A stretch of 64,000 bases of DNA from Escherichia phage AV126. Below the pieces are notes generated by a model. The model saw only the letters and a program-made list of their open reading frames with translations. It was not told where the DNA came from and searched no databases. The stretch's first letter is position 1, and each line of letters starts with the position of its first letter. The position numbers and the translations under genes are program-made. The stretch lies in the sequence record OR352956.1; one strand, written 5' to 3'. This document shows positions 1 to 9,305 of this stretch, in pieces.

Positions 1-165
1 AGAGGAAACAAAATGAATACATCTAATCGCGCAGAAAAAATTCAATCTTCCAAGATCCGCAAGGCCTGGAACGAGGAAGTGATCCGCAAAGGCGACAAGC
101 GTAATAAAACAAAGCGCGGGAAGAGTGACAAATATAATTGGATGGATTTAGAGGATTAACATAAC

Positions 166-195
166 AAGGGCGCACCAAGCGCCCTTTCTTTTTAC
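166..195 (+). terminator. rho-independent terminator (GGGCGCACCAAGCGCCC hairpin plus T-run)
   Basis: GC hairpin followed by TTTCTTTTT directly upstream of next gene. Confidence 0.6.
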
Positions 196-214
196 ATGTA
201 GAGGATAAACAAAA

Positions 215-400
215 ATGACTTTAAACGAGCTTAAAACAGCGTACAGCGCAACATTAAAAATAGCCGTGCGTTACCGTGACGAATACGGTTTTATTGCGCA
301 GGGCGTGATCCTGGGCTTTTCTGACGATGGTTTGATCTATGTTGATGCACATTATAACAAGGTTAAACCGGAAAACGTTATTAGCATAAAATATCTTTAA
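215..400 (+). CDS. hypothetical protein (61 aa)
   Basis: ORF with GAGGA SD-like motif upstream; flanked by terminator and next promoter. Confidence 0.5.
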   Translation: MTLNELKTAYSATLKIAVRYRDEYGFIAQGVILGFSDDGLIYVDAHYNKVKPENVISIKYL

Positions 401-485
401 AAACGGTTGACACCATAACCGGACCTGTTAAACTGTATTACATCAGGCGGGGAATAGTTCCCCACCATACAAAAAGGTAAATATT

Positions 486-692
486 ATGATCACCGCAAAA
501 CAAGAAAAAATCATTATCGACGTTGCAGCCGTTGCCGCTATCGCTATTATTGGATCTTATTATGATACCCGTTTCCCGTCGGCTATGCATGAGGTCGCCG
601 CCGTTGCATCAGTTGGCGTACTGTTTTACGTTGGTAAACGCTATTTATCACCAATGATTAACAAGCTGACACCGTGGAAAAATAAAGGTTGA
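486..692 (+). CDS. hypothetical small hydrophobic protein (68 aa)
   Basis: ORF preceded by promoter-like TTGACA and leader hairpin; hydrophobic N-terminal half. Confidence 0.5.
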   Translation: MITAKQEKIIIDVAAVAAIAIIGSYYDTRFPSAMHEVAAVASVGVLFYVGKRYLSPMINKLTPWKNKG

Positions 693-763
693 TCCTGTTT
701 TACATTGTGTTATAGTTATCGTGTAGGGCGGCAATGGTGCCGCGCCCCTTTGAGGATGCAATC

Positions 764-1048
764 ATGAGTAAAGCTAACACCGTGCTAATGTTTTCCCTGA
801 TTAATGATCTCGCTTACTTGTCCAACATGACGCAGGAGGGTAACACATTAACGGCAACATTCACCAATAAGCTTGACCGAGTGATCATCGTCTCACTGAA
901 AACAGTTAGTAAAGGCTTTTACTCGTTAGCTTATCATTGTATCACTGACACCGACGAGACAAGCCAGGACTATAGCGCCCCTTTCCCTGAATCAATGGCA
1001 CGGGAGATCATCGCCGCCGTTGTAAATGATGGTTTGTTTACTGCATAA
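764..1048 (+). CDS. hypothetical protein
   Basis: ORF 734..1048 trimmed to internal ATG at 764, which lies after the leader hairpin and a GAGGA motif. Confidence 0.45.
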   Translation: MSKANTVLMFSLINDLAYLSNMTQEGNTLTATFTNKLDRVIIVSLKTVSKGFYSLAYHCITDTDETSQDYSAPFPESMAREIIAAVVNDGLFTA

Positions 1049-1145
1049 ATAATTTAGAAAAAGGCTTGCAATCATTTTGAGATAGTGTATATTTAATTCA
1101 TAGGGCGGCGGGAATAGTTCCCAAAGCAAACGAGAGGATTACACG

Positions 1146-1265
1146 ATGAGCAAGTACACAGTAGAATACACGGTAGAGAATCCGGCAGTATCCGAAGGTA
1201 AAAAGATGACATTTGCCATCAGTATAATCGCTTTCGTTGTCACTATCTTATCAATCATCTTATAA
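1146..1265 (+). CDS. hypothetical small membrane peptide (39 aa)
   Basis: short ORF with GAGAGGA SD-like motif and hydrophobic C-terminus; below the ORF-track size cutoff. Confidence 0.35.
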   Translation: MSKYTVEYTVENPAVSEGKKMTFAISIIAFVVTILSIIL

Positions 1266-1275
1266 GGTACACACC

Positions 1276-1437
1276 ATGAAAATAGCAGACATTATCAAAG
1301 AGATCGCCCTTGCCACTGGTATCGAGATCGAGGAAGTGATCGCGCTCAATCTTACAGAAAACGATTTGCGCAACTATGAAGCGGAAAGCGTGAAAGCAAG
1401 TGGCGCGGTCCTGGCATATAATCCGGCTAACAAATAG
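1276..1437 (+). CDS. hypothetical protein
   Basis: ORF 1237..1437 trimmed to first ATG (the track start is TTG). Confidence 0.4.
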   Translation: MKIADIIKEIALATGIEIEEVIALNLTENDLRNYEAESVKASGAVLAYNPANK

Positions 1438-1438
1438 T

Positions 1439-1466
1439 TTGACAAGCTGAATCAACCTGATAAGAT
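1439..1466 (+). promoter_or_regulatory. sigma70-like promoter (TTGACA - 16 nt - TAAGAT)
   Basis: consensus -35 and near-consensus -10 upstream of leader hairpin and gene 1518. Confidence 0.55.
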
Positions 1467-1517
1467 GTATGACATAGGGGCGACAAGCGCCCCGCCTAAC
1501 AGAAGAGAGAAAAAATC

Positions 1518-1796
1518 ATGACCATCACCAAATTATCTACCGAAGAGATCACCAACATTCTGACTACTAATCTGCAAGATTGGAAGCGTGAAGCCGATTT
1601 GCAAGCGGTTTGCAAGCTGAATGTAGAGTTAACAGAAAGCGACATTGACGCCATTATTAACCCTGATTTCTATGATGCTATTCATGATGATTCTATTATC
1701 CTTGAAACACTATTAGATAATACTTGGATCAATCCCGATTTGGCAGCTTATGACCGTAGCGCCTTTATCACTATCCACAATATCTATAACCGTTAA
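1518..1796 (+). CDS. hypothetical protein (92 aa)
   Basis: ORF with AGAGAGA SD-like motif; own promoter and leader hairpin. Confidence 0.55.
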   Translation: MTITKLSTEEITNILTTNLQDWKREADLQAVCKLNVELTESDIDAIINPDFYDAIHDDSIILETLLDNTWINPDLAAYDRSAFITIHNIYNR

Positions 1797-1918
1797 GGGG
1801 CGTAGCATGAATCCGAGAGATATGCAATCATGGAAAGGGTGCGACGATCTAAGCGCCTTGCGCAATAAGTCAAGCCGTAACCTTAGACGGTTGGAAGCAA
1901 AGAAAAAGAAAAAATAGT

Positions 1919-1946
1919 TTGACAAGTCGGCTTAGTCTGGTAATAT
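1919..1946 (+). promoter_or_regulatory. sigma70-like promoter (TTGACA - 16 nt - TAATAT)
   Basis: consensus -35/-10 followed by GTAGGGCGGCAATGGTGCCGC leader hairpin. Confidence 0.55.
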
Positions 1947-1995
1947 GTATCTTGTAGGGCGGCAATGGTGCCGCTCACAAGAAGAGAGAAAAATC

Positions 1996-2280
1996 ATGGA
2001 AATCACAAAAAGCCTAACTAATTATGCAGCACGTCGCGGATTATGTTTAACCGTTGAAAACTTAGGGAAAGAAGACTTTTTGTGTTTTTGGGAGCTTGAA
2101 AATGATTGCGAGTGGATGTTTTCCTATTCTATCTGCGAAGATCAAAACGGTTGTTTGTTAACCTGGCGCGGTAATATCTATTTACCGGAAGAAATTAAAG
2201 AAGAGTTACCAGGTACAATCATGACAGAGAGACAGCTTAAGGAAGTGATCAATTTTGTAGGGCAAAACATTAAAAAATAA
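1996..2280 (+). CDS. hypothetical protein
   Basis: ORF 1945..2280 trimmed to ATG at 1996 after leader hairpin and SD-like motif. Confidence 0.5.
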   Translation: MEITKSLTNYAARRGLCLTVENLGKEDFLCFWELENDCEWMFSYSICEDQNGCLLTWRGNIYLPEEIKEELPGTIMTERQLKEVINFVGQNIKK

Positions 2281-2281
2281 T

Positions 2282-2310
2282 TTGACAGCACGCAAACAAC
2301 GTAGTAAAGT
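2282..2310 (+). promoter_or_regulatory. sigma70-like promoter (TTGACA - 17 nt - TAAAGT)
   Basis: consensus -35, 17 nt spacer, -10-like hexamer, followed by leader hairpin. Confidence 0.55.
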
Positions 2311-2365
2311 TTACCACATAGGGCGGCGGAATGGTCCACCGCTCACAACAGAAGAGAAACAAATC

Positions 2366-2536
2366 ATGATCCCGACTATGTTTTATGTATCGCGCAAAGG
2401 TCACAATATTTTTTGGTCTGAAGATTTAAATGAAGCCATGACGTTTGCCCGTGATCGTGTTGCTATCGGTGGCGTTAACATCACCGTAACCGATGAAAAT
2501 GGCATTGAATACTATAACGGCGACGATGAAGAGTAA
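2366..2536 (+). CDS. hypothetical protein
   Basis: ORF 2282..2536 trimmed to ATG at 2366 downstream of promoter, hairpin and SD-like motif. Confidence 0.5.
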   Translation: MIPTMFYVSRKGHNIFWSEDLNEAMTFARDRVAIGGVNITVTDENGIEYYNGDDEE

Positions 2537-2602
2537 TTAATAAGGCGGGGAATACTTCCCGCCACGCAGTGAATTTTCCGTTTGGGAAGTAAAAAATAAA
2601 TC

Positions 2603-2630
2603 TTGACGATAATTTGTTATCTGATAGAAT
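2603..2630 (+). promoter_or_regulatory. sigma70-like promoter (TTGACG - 16 nt - TAGAAT)
   Basis: near-consensus hexamers followed by leader hairpin. Confidence 0.5.
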
Positions 2631-2682
2631 GTATTTCGTAGGGCGGGGCAATAAGGCAACGCCCATTAATGAGGGTAGAATC

Positions 2683-2787
2683 ATGTTAGAGAAAATTTTC
2701 ACGGTTGCAGTAGTTGGCCTGGCGTTATCGGTTGGAGTGGTTGCAACTATGGCTAATATGATCCTATCTTCCCACGGTATCGGCTAA
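2683..2787 (+). CDS. hypothetical hydrophobic peptide (34 aa)
   Basis: short ORF with GAGGG SD-like motif directly after promoter and hairpin. Confidence 0.3.
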   Translation: MLEKIFTVAVVGLALSVGVVATMANMILSSHGIG

Positions 2788-2797
2788 GGTGAAACAA

Positions 2798-3013
2798 ATG
2801 ATCACGAATAAGACAGGTAAAACGGAATTTTTACGCGGCTTGCAAGTTGGTAAACCTGAGATCTGGCATTGTACTAAATCCGCGCATAATGAAATGAAAG
2901 ATTTTACCGCTACTTTACAACGTGTTAAAATATCTATCACACAGAAAAAAGCCTTGTTAGTAGTAGAAAACGAGATCCCGCAAACTATTATTATTGTCGA
3001 GCGTACAGCATGA
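2798..3013 (+). CDS. hypothetical protein
   Basis: ORF 2789..3013 (GTG) trimmed to ATG at 2798; AAGGTG SD-like motif. Confidence 0.45.
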   Translation: MITNKTGKTEFLRGLQVGKPEIWHCTKSAHNEMKDFTATLQRVKISITQKKALLVVENEIPQTIIIVERTA

Positions 3014-3396
3014 AAACAGAAATCATTATTGAAATCATCAACGGTTATAAAGAAGCCTTTATTTTTGCTGAATCAGCAAGGGATCATGAAGGTAATTTTA
3101 TTGAAAACTTAGACGATTATGATTTTTCTCCTAGCGCGGACGAACGGATCGCCCAGGATGTAACAGCCTTTATTAATGCTAATCTTGCCGCTATCTCTGA
3201 GGCAATGAGCGACGGCGCAACAGCCAACCAGATCGGGAATGATTTACATTTTACCCGTAACGGTCACGGCGTAGGCTTTTGGGATCGCCCTGAAATATAC
3301 ACCACTAACACGGCGAACCGCCTAACCAATGCAGCTAAGTTTATGCCGAACGTGTCGGCTTACATTGGTGAAGATAATTTGATTTATATTGAATAA
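3010..3396 (+). CDS. hypothetical acidic protein (128 aa)
   Basis: ORF whose ATG overlaps the upstream stop (ATGA coupling). Confidence 0.55.
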   Translation: MKTEIIIEIINGYKEAFIFAESARDHEGNFIENLDDYDFSPSADERIAQDVTAFINANLAAISEAMSDGATANQIGNDLHFTRNGHGVGFWDRPEIYTTNTANRLTNAAKFMPNVSAYIGEDNLIYIE

Positions 3397-3402
3397 AAAG
3401 TA

Positions 3403-3430
3403 TTGACACAGATCGCCAGTGTGCTAATAT
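3403..3430 (+). promoter_or_regulatory. sigma70-like promoter (TTGACA - 16 nt - TAATAT)
   Basis: consensus hexamers followed by leader hairpin GGGCGGCAATGGTGCCGCC. Confidence 0.55.
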
Positions 3431-3477
3431 TTACCACGTAGGGCGGCAATGGTGCCGCCGATAATGAGGAAAGTAAA

Positions 3478-3777
3478 ATGGAAACTATCGCTATTGTTAC
3501 CGTAGAAAAACTGGTTGTTGGTGATGTATTCGCGTTAATGGTGCCTAACAGCAGCAAGCTGGGCGCTTATGAAGTAATGGATCATAAAAATGAATCATTT
3601 GGCGACGGTTGCACAATGGCGGTAAAATCTTTAAAGGATGGAATCATCCGCCAGGCTAACTGGCACAAAGGGAATCAAGTCGGTTTAATATCAGCTAATT
3701 TCTTGCCAGAAGAGCAAACGTTAGACCAACTATCAGGCGGTAAGACGTTAGCCGAACTACTGGAAACAGCGATCTAA
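3478..3777 (+). CDS. hypothetical protein (99 aa)
   Basis: ORF with SD-like motif after promoter and leader hairpin. Confidence 0.55.
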   Translation: METIAIVTVEKLVVGDVFALMVPNSSKLGAYEVMDHKNESFGDGCTMAVKSLKDGIIRQANWHKGNQVGLISANFLPEEQTLDQLSGGKTLAELLETAI

Positions 3778-3821
3778 TCAACAAAGGGGCGGCAACGCCC
3801 CACATCAGAAAGGAAAAGATT

Positions 3822-4058
3822 ATGAGTATTGCAACAGTATTAAACGCCGTTAAAACCGCTGAATCATCCGGCTTGCATGTTGAGCTTATAGATCAACCAG
3901 GTGGCGATCTCCTTGTCCAGGTTTACCCGCCGAAAGTAGGGGATGATTATTATTGGGCTTATTCTGATACGTTCGAACAAGTAGACACGAAAGCGATCAC
4001 GGCTTTTATTTTAAAAGCTATTGAAGAAAATAACTTTCATCATAACATCAATCAATAA
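3822..4058 (+). CDS. hypothetical protein (78 aa)
   Basis: ORF with AGGAAA SD-like motif; preceded by GGGGCGGCAACGCCCC hairpin. Confidence 0.5.
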   Translation: MSIATVLNAVKTAESSGLHVELIDQPGGDLLVQVYPPKVGDDYYWAYSDTFEQVDTKAITAFILKAIEENNFHHNINQ

Positions 4059-4112
4059 ACCATAAGCGGGGCGGTAACGCCCCATTAAACGCAATAGGAA
4101 GAGGATAGACGC

Positions 4113-4403
4113 ATGAAAAAGATGATCGCAGTAGTTGCCCTGGTTGTTGGTATTAACGCGCCTGTACTGGCTAATGAGTTGCCAGAATCCATCACGCTAA
4201 CCGATATCAACGCAATAAACCGGATCGGCGTTAATTATCGCCTATGCCTTGCCGCTAAAACTTTCCAGGACGGCACGACAGAATACCACGGATTCGAGGG
4301 TATCCGCTGCGGTGAGCTTGCACGCGACCTTAAGGAAGATCCAGACCTTGAGGCCATACCGATGACCGTAAACGGTAAAGCTTACGTAAACCGCCAACAA
4401 TGA
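4113..4403 (+). CDS. hypothetical secreted protein (N-terminal signal peptide)
   Basis: MKKMIAVVALVVGINAPVLA hydrophobic leader with Ala-x-Ala-like cleavage context. Confidence 0.5.
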   Translation: MKKMIAVVALVVGINAPVLANELPESITLTDINAINRIGVNYRLCLAAKTFQDGTTEYHGFEGIRCGELARDLKEDPDLEAIPMTVNGKAYVNRQQ

Positions 4404-4534
4404 GAAAGATAATCATCACAATGGGGATCGTAGTAGCAACGCTGGCGCTTATCCCCTTCATGGTTGAACATGTGCTGATCAGTGTTGTCCTTGTAGTCAG
4501 TGACCTATTGGAAACGGTTGGCAACTGGTTTTAA
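4400..4534 (+). CDS. hypothetical small membrane peptide (44 aa)
   Basis: short hydrophobic ORF, ATGA-coupled to the upstream gene. Confidence 0.35.
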   Translation: MRKIIITMGIVVATLALIPFMVEHVLISVVLVVSDLLETVGNWF

Positions 4535-4787
4535 GATAAATAAACAGGGCTTGTTTTTGTCCTGTTTTTTGTTATACTTATTGAACGGGCGGCACTTGGG
4601 AGCAGGTGAAGATAATCACCGGAAGATCCCGCTATATATCGATAGCTAATACCTATCAAACAACAAAACATCAAAGAGATAAACTATCAAATCTTTACAA
4701 TCCTACCTATTGACACCGGATCACGCTTACATTATTATTTATCACGTAGGGCGAGCAATACAGCAAGCCCACAAAGAGGAAAAGAAG

Positions 4788-5156
4788 ATGAGCAAATCAG
4801 CAATTAAAGCAGTTGAAAAAGCGCAAGAAGTGATCGCAACGTCAACCACTGGCGCAAAGGTTAATCTCGTTGGTTATCTGACAGATGAAGCTATCCGTAA
4901 AAATTGGCGTAATGCTGATTTACTGGCTTGCTTATTGATTAATAGTGTCGCTAATGCTTTCCAGTGTGAAACAGCCGAGAGCCTGGAGGAAAACTTGTTT
5001 GATAATATGGATCAAGCCATTGAAACCTATATACAATCAAACCTGGATAGCTGGAACAGTAAGACATGGCCTGACAGCTTACGCGATACAACTGATCAAC
5101 TGATCCGCCTTGCCCTGATGGTTGAACGCGATAACGTTCACAACCGCACAAAGTAA
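4788..5156 (+). CDS. hypothetical protein
   Basis: ORF 4710..5156 trimmed to ATG at 4788 after promoter, hairpin and AGAGGA motif. Confidence 0.5.
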   Translation: MSKSAIKAVEKAQEVIATSTTGAKVNLVGYLTDEAIRKNWRNADLLACLLINSVANAFQCETAESLEENLFDNMDQAIETYIQSNLDSWNSKTWPDSLRDTTDQLIRLALMVERDNVHNRTK

Positions 5157-5296
5157 GATTATACAAGGGGCGCACTAAGCGCCCTTTAACGTAAAGAAAT
5201 GTAAATAATGCGCTATCCCCTATTGACAGGGGATCGGCGTTATATTATATTTAACTCACTGGCAGCAAACAACGAAACGAAACAAAGGACAACACC

Positions 5297-5716
5297 ATGA
5301 ACATTAAATCAAATAATCCAGCTTACTCCTTCGATAACGCTTTTTGTCACGGTAGCGCCGCCAAAGGCTTCGAAATCGATGGTAAATTGGTTATCGTGAA
5401 CGTTGACGGGGAAGAGGTTGCAGTGTATCCGGTAAACGATGTTAAAAGCCGTTTACAATGCCGCATGGATGTTACCGCATATCAGCTTGATCCGGTCCGT
5501 GTAGTTGCCCTGGTATTAGAGGAAGAGATCAAAGCAATGCATCACAGTAATAAGTTTATTGGTGACGCGCAGGATAATATGAACGTTTGCCGCCATAAAG
5601 TTAATGAAGCATTGAAAGAATATGGTTTTAAGGATCTGATGATCAAACGTGATGAAAAATTCCGCTTTCGTAATGACCTGGCAAACCGGATCTACTCAAT
5701 CTATGAAGCGTTATAA
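5297..5716 (+). CDS. hypothetical protein (139 aa)
   Basis: ORF with AAGGA SD-like motif; followed by terminator. Confidence 0.55.
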   Translation: MNIKSNNPAYSFDNAFCHGSAAKGFEIDGKLVIVNVDGEEVAVYPVNDVKSRLQCRMDVTAYQLDPVRVVALVLEEEIKAMHHSNKFIGDAQDNMNVCRHKVNEALKEYGFKDLMIKRDEKFRFRNDLANRIYSIYEAL

Positions 5717-5730
5717 TCGACAACAAAACA

Positions 5731-5759
5731 AGGGGCGCACCAAGCGCCCTTTCTTTTTG
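5731..5759 (+). terminator. rho-independent terminator (same hairpin as at 166-195)
   Basis: GGGGCGCACCAAGCGCCC hairpin plus TTTCTTTTT. Confidence 0.6.
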
Positions 5760-6299
5760 CCTGAACAATGTTGATAGCTTTCGCCTATGAAAAACCGACA
5801 CAGAACAAAACTGAATAAATCGCGGTATCGAGCTAATCAACCATCAAACGAATAACCATACATCCCAGGGCAACAGGCTGTTAGAGAGCTATTTAGAGCG
5901 GTTAAAATCGATCTACAACCAACAACAAACCATCAAAAACACCCTTTTACCTCCTTTCTAGTGCAATGATAACCATTATCATCTACCCATGATTATCTAT
6001 GCAATATAAGCGCATAATTATAATGTTGATAATAGTTCGCAACAACTAACCAACAAACAACATAAAACAATAAGCAAACTAATCATAATCAAAGGAATAA
6101 TAGCAAGATGATTGATAACGACAAACAATCAAACCATGATGAATACTAAGCAAGATAACGATAACACGACAAAACAACCAACTAACGAACAATAACAAAC
6201 GAAACCATTAAAAGATCAACTATTAGCAAAATAGTGTCTATTGCCATAATAGTGACTGAATGAAATCATTACAAAACGAATCATTCCAAGGATCATCAT

Positions 6300-6460
6300 T
6301 AGCACGCTACGCCGGACACGTAGCGAGCTAATAATAAGCCAACTACACCCCAACAATCATAACCATCGGTGACGGTTATTTCTTGTTACTGCGTAGCTTG
6401 CAATAATTGCAAGCGTAATGACGCTTACACTTATTGCGCTGGCTTATTATTAGCATTATA
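6300..6460. repeat. nested inverted-repeat cluster in non-coding region
   Basis: 15-bp inverted repeat GCTAATAATAAGCCA (6327-6341) / TGGCTTATTATTAGC (6440-6454) enclosing palindrome CTTGCAATAATTGCAAG and hairpin CGCTACG-CCGGACA-CGTAGCG. Confidence 0.6.
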
Positions 6461-7275
6461 TGTAATTACCAAGATCATAACATTAGCGCAATAACAATAA
6501 TCATTACAATAATTACATAAGGAAACAATTAGCATAGCAATAATTATGGGGGCAATGGGAGGATGATTATCATCATTCCGATACATTGCACACTATGCAC
6601 ATAATAAGATAAAAAGCAATAATCTTGGGGGCGAAATGTTACCGCCACAGGCGGGAATGTTGAGCATCTTCTCTTAAACGTAAATAAAATCAGAAAATTC
6701 TTGATTTATTTTAGTTTTTATGTTAATAAACGTTTAAATAATAATCATTCTCATATAAATAATAGTCTGCTTGTCATGAGCGGGATTAGTTGACATTGTT
6801 CCGTCATATGATGAAGTTGCCAAGCCATTGATAAATAAGTGTTTGTGTGATTTATAATCAAGTGGCCCACCTTGTCGCTACGTTGGCATGAGCCTTGCAT
6901 AAGTCATTGAATACGAATGATAATTATTCTCATTCGCATGATATTTGGGAATTGTCGCTGCGTGGACCTGACGGCCCGAAAATTCGCGTTAAGCACTTCT
7001 TACGTATGCGCCATGATTTTTGCCATATCATATTGATTCTATTAGATATTCTTGCCATGATTGCCATGAAACAGGGTGTCCCGAAATAATCTCTCCCCGT
7101 AGATATTTTGGGTTACTTTTTATACAAGAGTGGGGTGTCAAAAATAATCGGTATATATGGGATAATTGATAGGAATCCCCTATGATAATTCGATTGTAAT
7201 TCCCTAAGATTGATCGTATGATGTTGGTGATTGATGATTGCCATGAAAGATGGCTAACGATGAGAGGAGATTATC

Positions 7276-7644
7276 ATGCAAGAGAGTAAAAATATTCCGT
7301 TGAGCAGTGCAGCATTGATTCAATTCTACAAAGCATGGATGGCTGATCACTACAGCATGGATCGCACGGAGAATGGACTGTGTTTATGTATTCATCATTT
7401 TGTGCGATCTCATCTTATGAAAGATGTGGAGAATCCCCGATGGTATGCCGACATAATAGATAGCTTGTTGTTTGAGATGCGTGCTCAGTTCAAAGACGCT
7501 GGCATTGATACGTGCGCACCCTTCAACACTGGATATGCGGATTACTTGATTGAAGTGGAAGATAAAATGTGTCACCTGAATCCACTTCGCATTCAGTGGG
7601 TGAAAGATCGCATTGAAGATGCAAATAATGCTTGCATTGAATAA
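7276..7644 (+). CDS. hypothetical protein, paralog family A (copy 1 of 5)
   Basis: GAGAGGAGA SD; shares the GLC...YPF...WVKDR pattern with the ORFs at 10714, 14040, 17338 and 18643. Confidence 0.6.
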   Translation: MQESKNIPLSSAALIQFYKAWMADHYSMDRTENGLCLCIHHFVRSHLMKDVENPRWYADIIDSLLFEMRAQFKDAGIDTCAPFNTGYADYLIEVEDKMCHLNPLRIQWVKDRIEDANNACIE

Positions 7645-7714
7645 AAATGTCTGTATGATGTTTGTATAAGATATGCAATACCGCGCATAACAAACAGCTA
7701 ATGAGGAGATTGGA

Positions 7715-7945
7715 ATGCATAGCATGAAACGCATGAAAATTCGTATTGAGAATGATGGTGGTTATAAAGGATTGGCACATGCAAAATTTCCACTTGTGCT
7801 GGAAGCTACGGTGGAATACAGTGGGCTTGCTCATGTGCGATTCTCGAAGATGATGGAAGTGCAGGAATGGTTTTGGGACGAGATAGATGCACGAGAAGGA
7901 GAAGATTATGTTTTCTTTCCTCACGAATATGAAATTATCTATTAA
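7715..7945 (+). CDS. hypothetical protein, paralog family B (copy 1 of 2)
   Basis: GAGGAG SD; shares EWF...GEDYVFF motif with the ORF at 11424. Confidence 0.55.
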   Translation: MHSMKRMKIRIENDGGYKGLAHAKFPLVLEATVEYSGLAHVRFSKMMEVQEWFWDEIDAREGEDYVFFPHEYEIIY

Positions 7946-7957
7946 GGGTTGTGTGCA

Positions 7958-8197
7958 ATGATCACACCACAACAGAATGAAGCAGCAATGGATCTTCTTG
8001 ATAGTTTGTATTTCGATAATTGGTACTCTGAATGTGAATGGATGAATGTGCAAACTCTGAAAGAGAAGACAAAAGCGTTGATTACAGTAGATCAATTTCT
8101 TGCAGAGACGGAAAGAATGAATTATGATATGGCATCTCGCGCACGACGCGTTTCCATTTTCAATAAAATGTTAGCATTATGGGGAGGTAGAAAATGA
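7958..8197 (+). CDS. hypothetical protein
   Basis: ORF 7949..8197 (TTG) trimmed to ATG at 7958. Confidence 0.45.
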   Translation: MITPQQNEAAMDLLDSLYFDNWYSECEWMNVQTLKEKTKALITVDQFLAETERMNYDMASRARRVSIFNKMLALWGGRK

Positions 8198-8655
8198 GAC
8201 AACCATCTATACTGGAAGCGCATGTGCAGTGTGTTGTAGATTATGTCAAAGAACACTCAAGTTTATTAAATGTAACCTGTGCAGTGCAAAATGATGTAGG
8301 TATTGTCTGTGTGCAACATATCTTATCTGAAACTCGTTATGAAGTGTTTCGTGCCACGTTGTTTGGATGTGATCGGGTGCATGTAAACTTCCTGGACTCC
8401 AATTATCGTTATGCTTTAGAAAATATTGATGACTATCTTCCTTGCTCTCCGACAGGATATGTAATGGTAACAGCAAACGAAGTAACACCGAGCAACAGTG
8501 AACGGGAAGCTTTGTTACGGAAGAAAATACGCCAACTGCAAGTGTTGAATGAAATGCAAGAAGAGATTGAAAAAGAACTAAAAGAAGATTTTGGTATACT
8601 TCCAAAAGACGCTTTGAAATGGTATGATGAACTAGGAGGAGAAAGTTATGAATAA
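8194..8655 (+). CDS. hypothetical protein (153 aa)
   Basis: GGGGAGG SD; ATGA overlap with upstream gene. Confidence 0.55.
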   Translation: MRQPSILEAHVQCVVDYVKEHSSLLNVTCAVQNDVGIVCVQHILSETRYEVFRATLFGCDRVHVNFLDSNYRYALENIDDYLPCSPTGYVMVTANEVTPSNSEREALLRKKIRQLQVLNEMQEEIEKELKEDFGILPKDALKWYDELGGESYE

Positions 8656-8842
8656 AGGAACCACTGTATATTTAGTGACTAAGAACACCCCATGTTGGAA
8701 TCAGTGCACAACGACTCCATATAAAATCTGTGCAACACTGGAACTAGCACAACGTGCAGAAGCAGAAGTTGACGCTATGCATTACAGTTATGGGGAGATC
8801 ATTCCTTTCACTCTGGAACAAGAAGGAGCATACAATGTTTAA
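8648..8842 (+). CDS. hypothetical protein (64 aa)
   Basis: GGAGGAG SD; start overlaps upstream stop. Confidence 0.5.
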   Translation: MNKGTTVYLVTKNTPCWNQCTTTPYKICATLELAQRAEAEVDAMHYSYGEIIPFTLEQEGAYNV

Positions 8843-9293
8843 AGAAGGCCATGTCTACCGTTTCCAGGATGAGGATTATATGCGACTGTATTCTACCTTT
8901 GATAAAGGTATTGCGACTATCATTGGAGAGAATTTTTTCGAGGTGTTGAGCACTGATACGAATGGTAATATCTTGTCAATGGTTGTAATAGGTATGAGAG
9001 ATGGTATTATCACTGCTGGTGATGGGGATCGTTACATAATCAATTCTGCTCATATAGATTATTTTGTTGACGGTGGTGTTCGTGGTGGTCGTGGAAAACC
9101 CCAAGAAGAACCTGTTGATACAACAAAAGAAGAGTGGTATGTTGTAATGACTGATGACACATGTATTTCTGGATTTGAAAGTTATGAAGAAGCTTTGAAA
9201 GAAGCAGCAGAGCATAAAATGGCTAATCCTACAGAAGAGGTTGAAGTTTATAAACGTTTGGTTGTTGCTACCATCGGCGTATCTTTTGTTTAA
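8835..9293 (+). CDS. hypothetical protein
   Basis: ORF 8754..9293 trimmed to ATG at 8835 with AAGGAG SD. Confidence 0.5.
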   Translation: MFKEGHVYRFQDEDYMRLYSTFDKGIATIIGENFFEVLSTDTNGNILSMVVIGMRDGIITAGDGDRYIINSAHIDYFVDGGVRGGRGKPQEEPVDTTKEEWYVVMTDDTCISGFESYEEALKEAAEHKMANPTEEVEVYKRLVVATIGVSFV

Positions 9294-9305
9294 AAGGAGA
9301 ATGTT

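Noticed and set aside
734-4787. N-terminally extended versions of track ORFs (734, 1945, 2282, 4710)
   Set aside because: The extensions run through the promoter -10 region and the conserved leader hairpin; an internal ATG with an SD motif downstream of the hairpin is the more plausible start.
6895-7089. 64 aa ORF inside the 5.8-7.25 kb non-coding region
   Set aside because: No SD motif, His/Ile-rich low-complexity product, and it sits within repeat-rich sequence; it is treated as non-coding.
7523-8095. 190 aa minus-strand ORF (and other antisense ORFs such as 7384..7734, 16401..16745, 18148..18565)
   Set aside because: They are antisense to tightly coupled plus-strand genes that have SD motifs, are low-complexity and Cys/His/Phe-rich as expected for AT-rich antisense frames, and have no promoter or SD context.
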